From: Eledone cirrhosa
Taxonomy: Eukaryota
Length of the DNA: 64,000 bases
NCBI GenBank assembly: GCA_964016885.1
Contig: OZ024740.1
Span: 375,844,001 to 375,908,000 of the forward strand
Reading direction: 5' to 3'
Of the stretch, positions 63,501-64,000 are shown in pieces. The notes beneath the pieces were generated by a model. It saw only the letters and a list, made by a program, of their open reading frames with translations. It searched no databases and was not told where the DNA came from. Numbering within the stretch: position 1 is the stretch's first letter; each line of letters begins with the position of its first letter. The translations under genes and the position numbers were made by a program.

Positions 63501-64000
63501 GCCAGTCTGCGATGCGCTGGGTCACCCGGCAAGCCAGAGCTGTTCACCTGTTATTCCCAAGTCATTATTGCCAGTTAACAATTCTGTATGAGATATTTCG
63601 AATTGGTTCAAAATACATTTTATGGTTACTGCCAACAATACAGTTGGTGTTGACTGAGATTGTAATGTACAAATTGCATCTGTGCAGTTGAACATATTTT
63701 TAGTAGACATATCGTGCAAAAACACTAACTTCACAACTTGACCGCAGAAGATTGCATTAGTGTGACATGGAATCACAAGACTATTTATCATACCCAAGCT
63801 ATAGAATCTAGTCTAACCTATATGTCATAGTTTATTATTAGGAACACCATATAAGTATATATATATTACATTACGTTACATAATCTTAAGCGTTTGACTA
63901 CTGTCCAACATTCCACTTTCTACATATCTTATGGTTCCAGGAAGTACGATAGTTCGTGAAACCACCGTATATAAAGCATATGGGAAAGATGTTTATCTCT

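Noticed and set aside
63522-63797. 91-aa minus-strand ORF as a host exon
   Set aside because: No recognisable motif and no firm splice context.

Overview
AT-rich, microsatellite-dense animal DNA, most likely an octopod cephalopod judging from its SINE families (recalled, not searched). I can support no intact host gene; most ORF-track calls are translated (TA)n/(CA)n/(GA)n. The window is a nest of transposons inserted into (TA)n tracts. It holds many Penelope-like elements (PLEs; RT plus C-terminal GIY-YIG, including Hydra-like CxCx5C and Neptune-like types), a near-full-length decayed RTE LINE, LINE fragments, Tc1/mariner, hAT-like and Helitron relics, and tRNA-derived SINEs. The most striking signal is non-coding. 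First, about 28 hammerhead ribozyme (HHR) motifs from about 14 PLE pseudo-LTR families, with palindromic stem III and recurring unusual cores (CCGAUGA, U3-A8, stem II up to about 100 nt), including a tandem pair 681 nt apart that could release a retrozyme-like RNA. Second, about 20 fold-back insertions with a consistent asymmetry: one arm carries a 3' tail and the other stops at a fixed AT site just before a shared RCTCYR motif, with snap-back hairpins at the junctions. All alignments and folds were done by eye.
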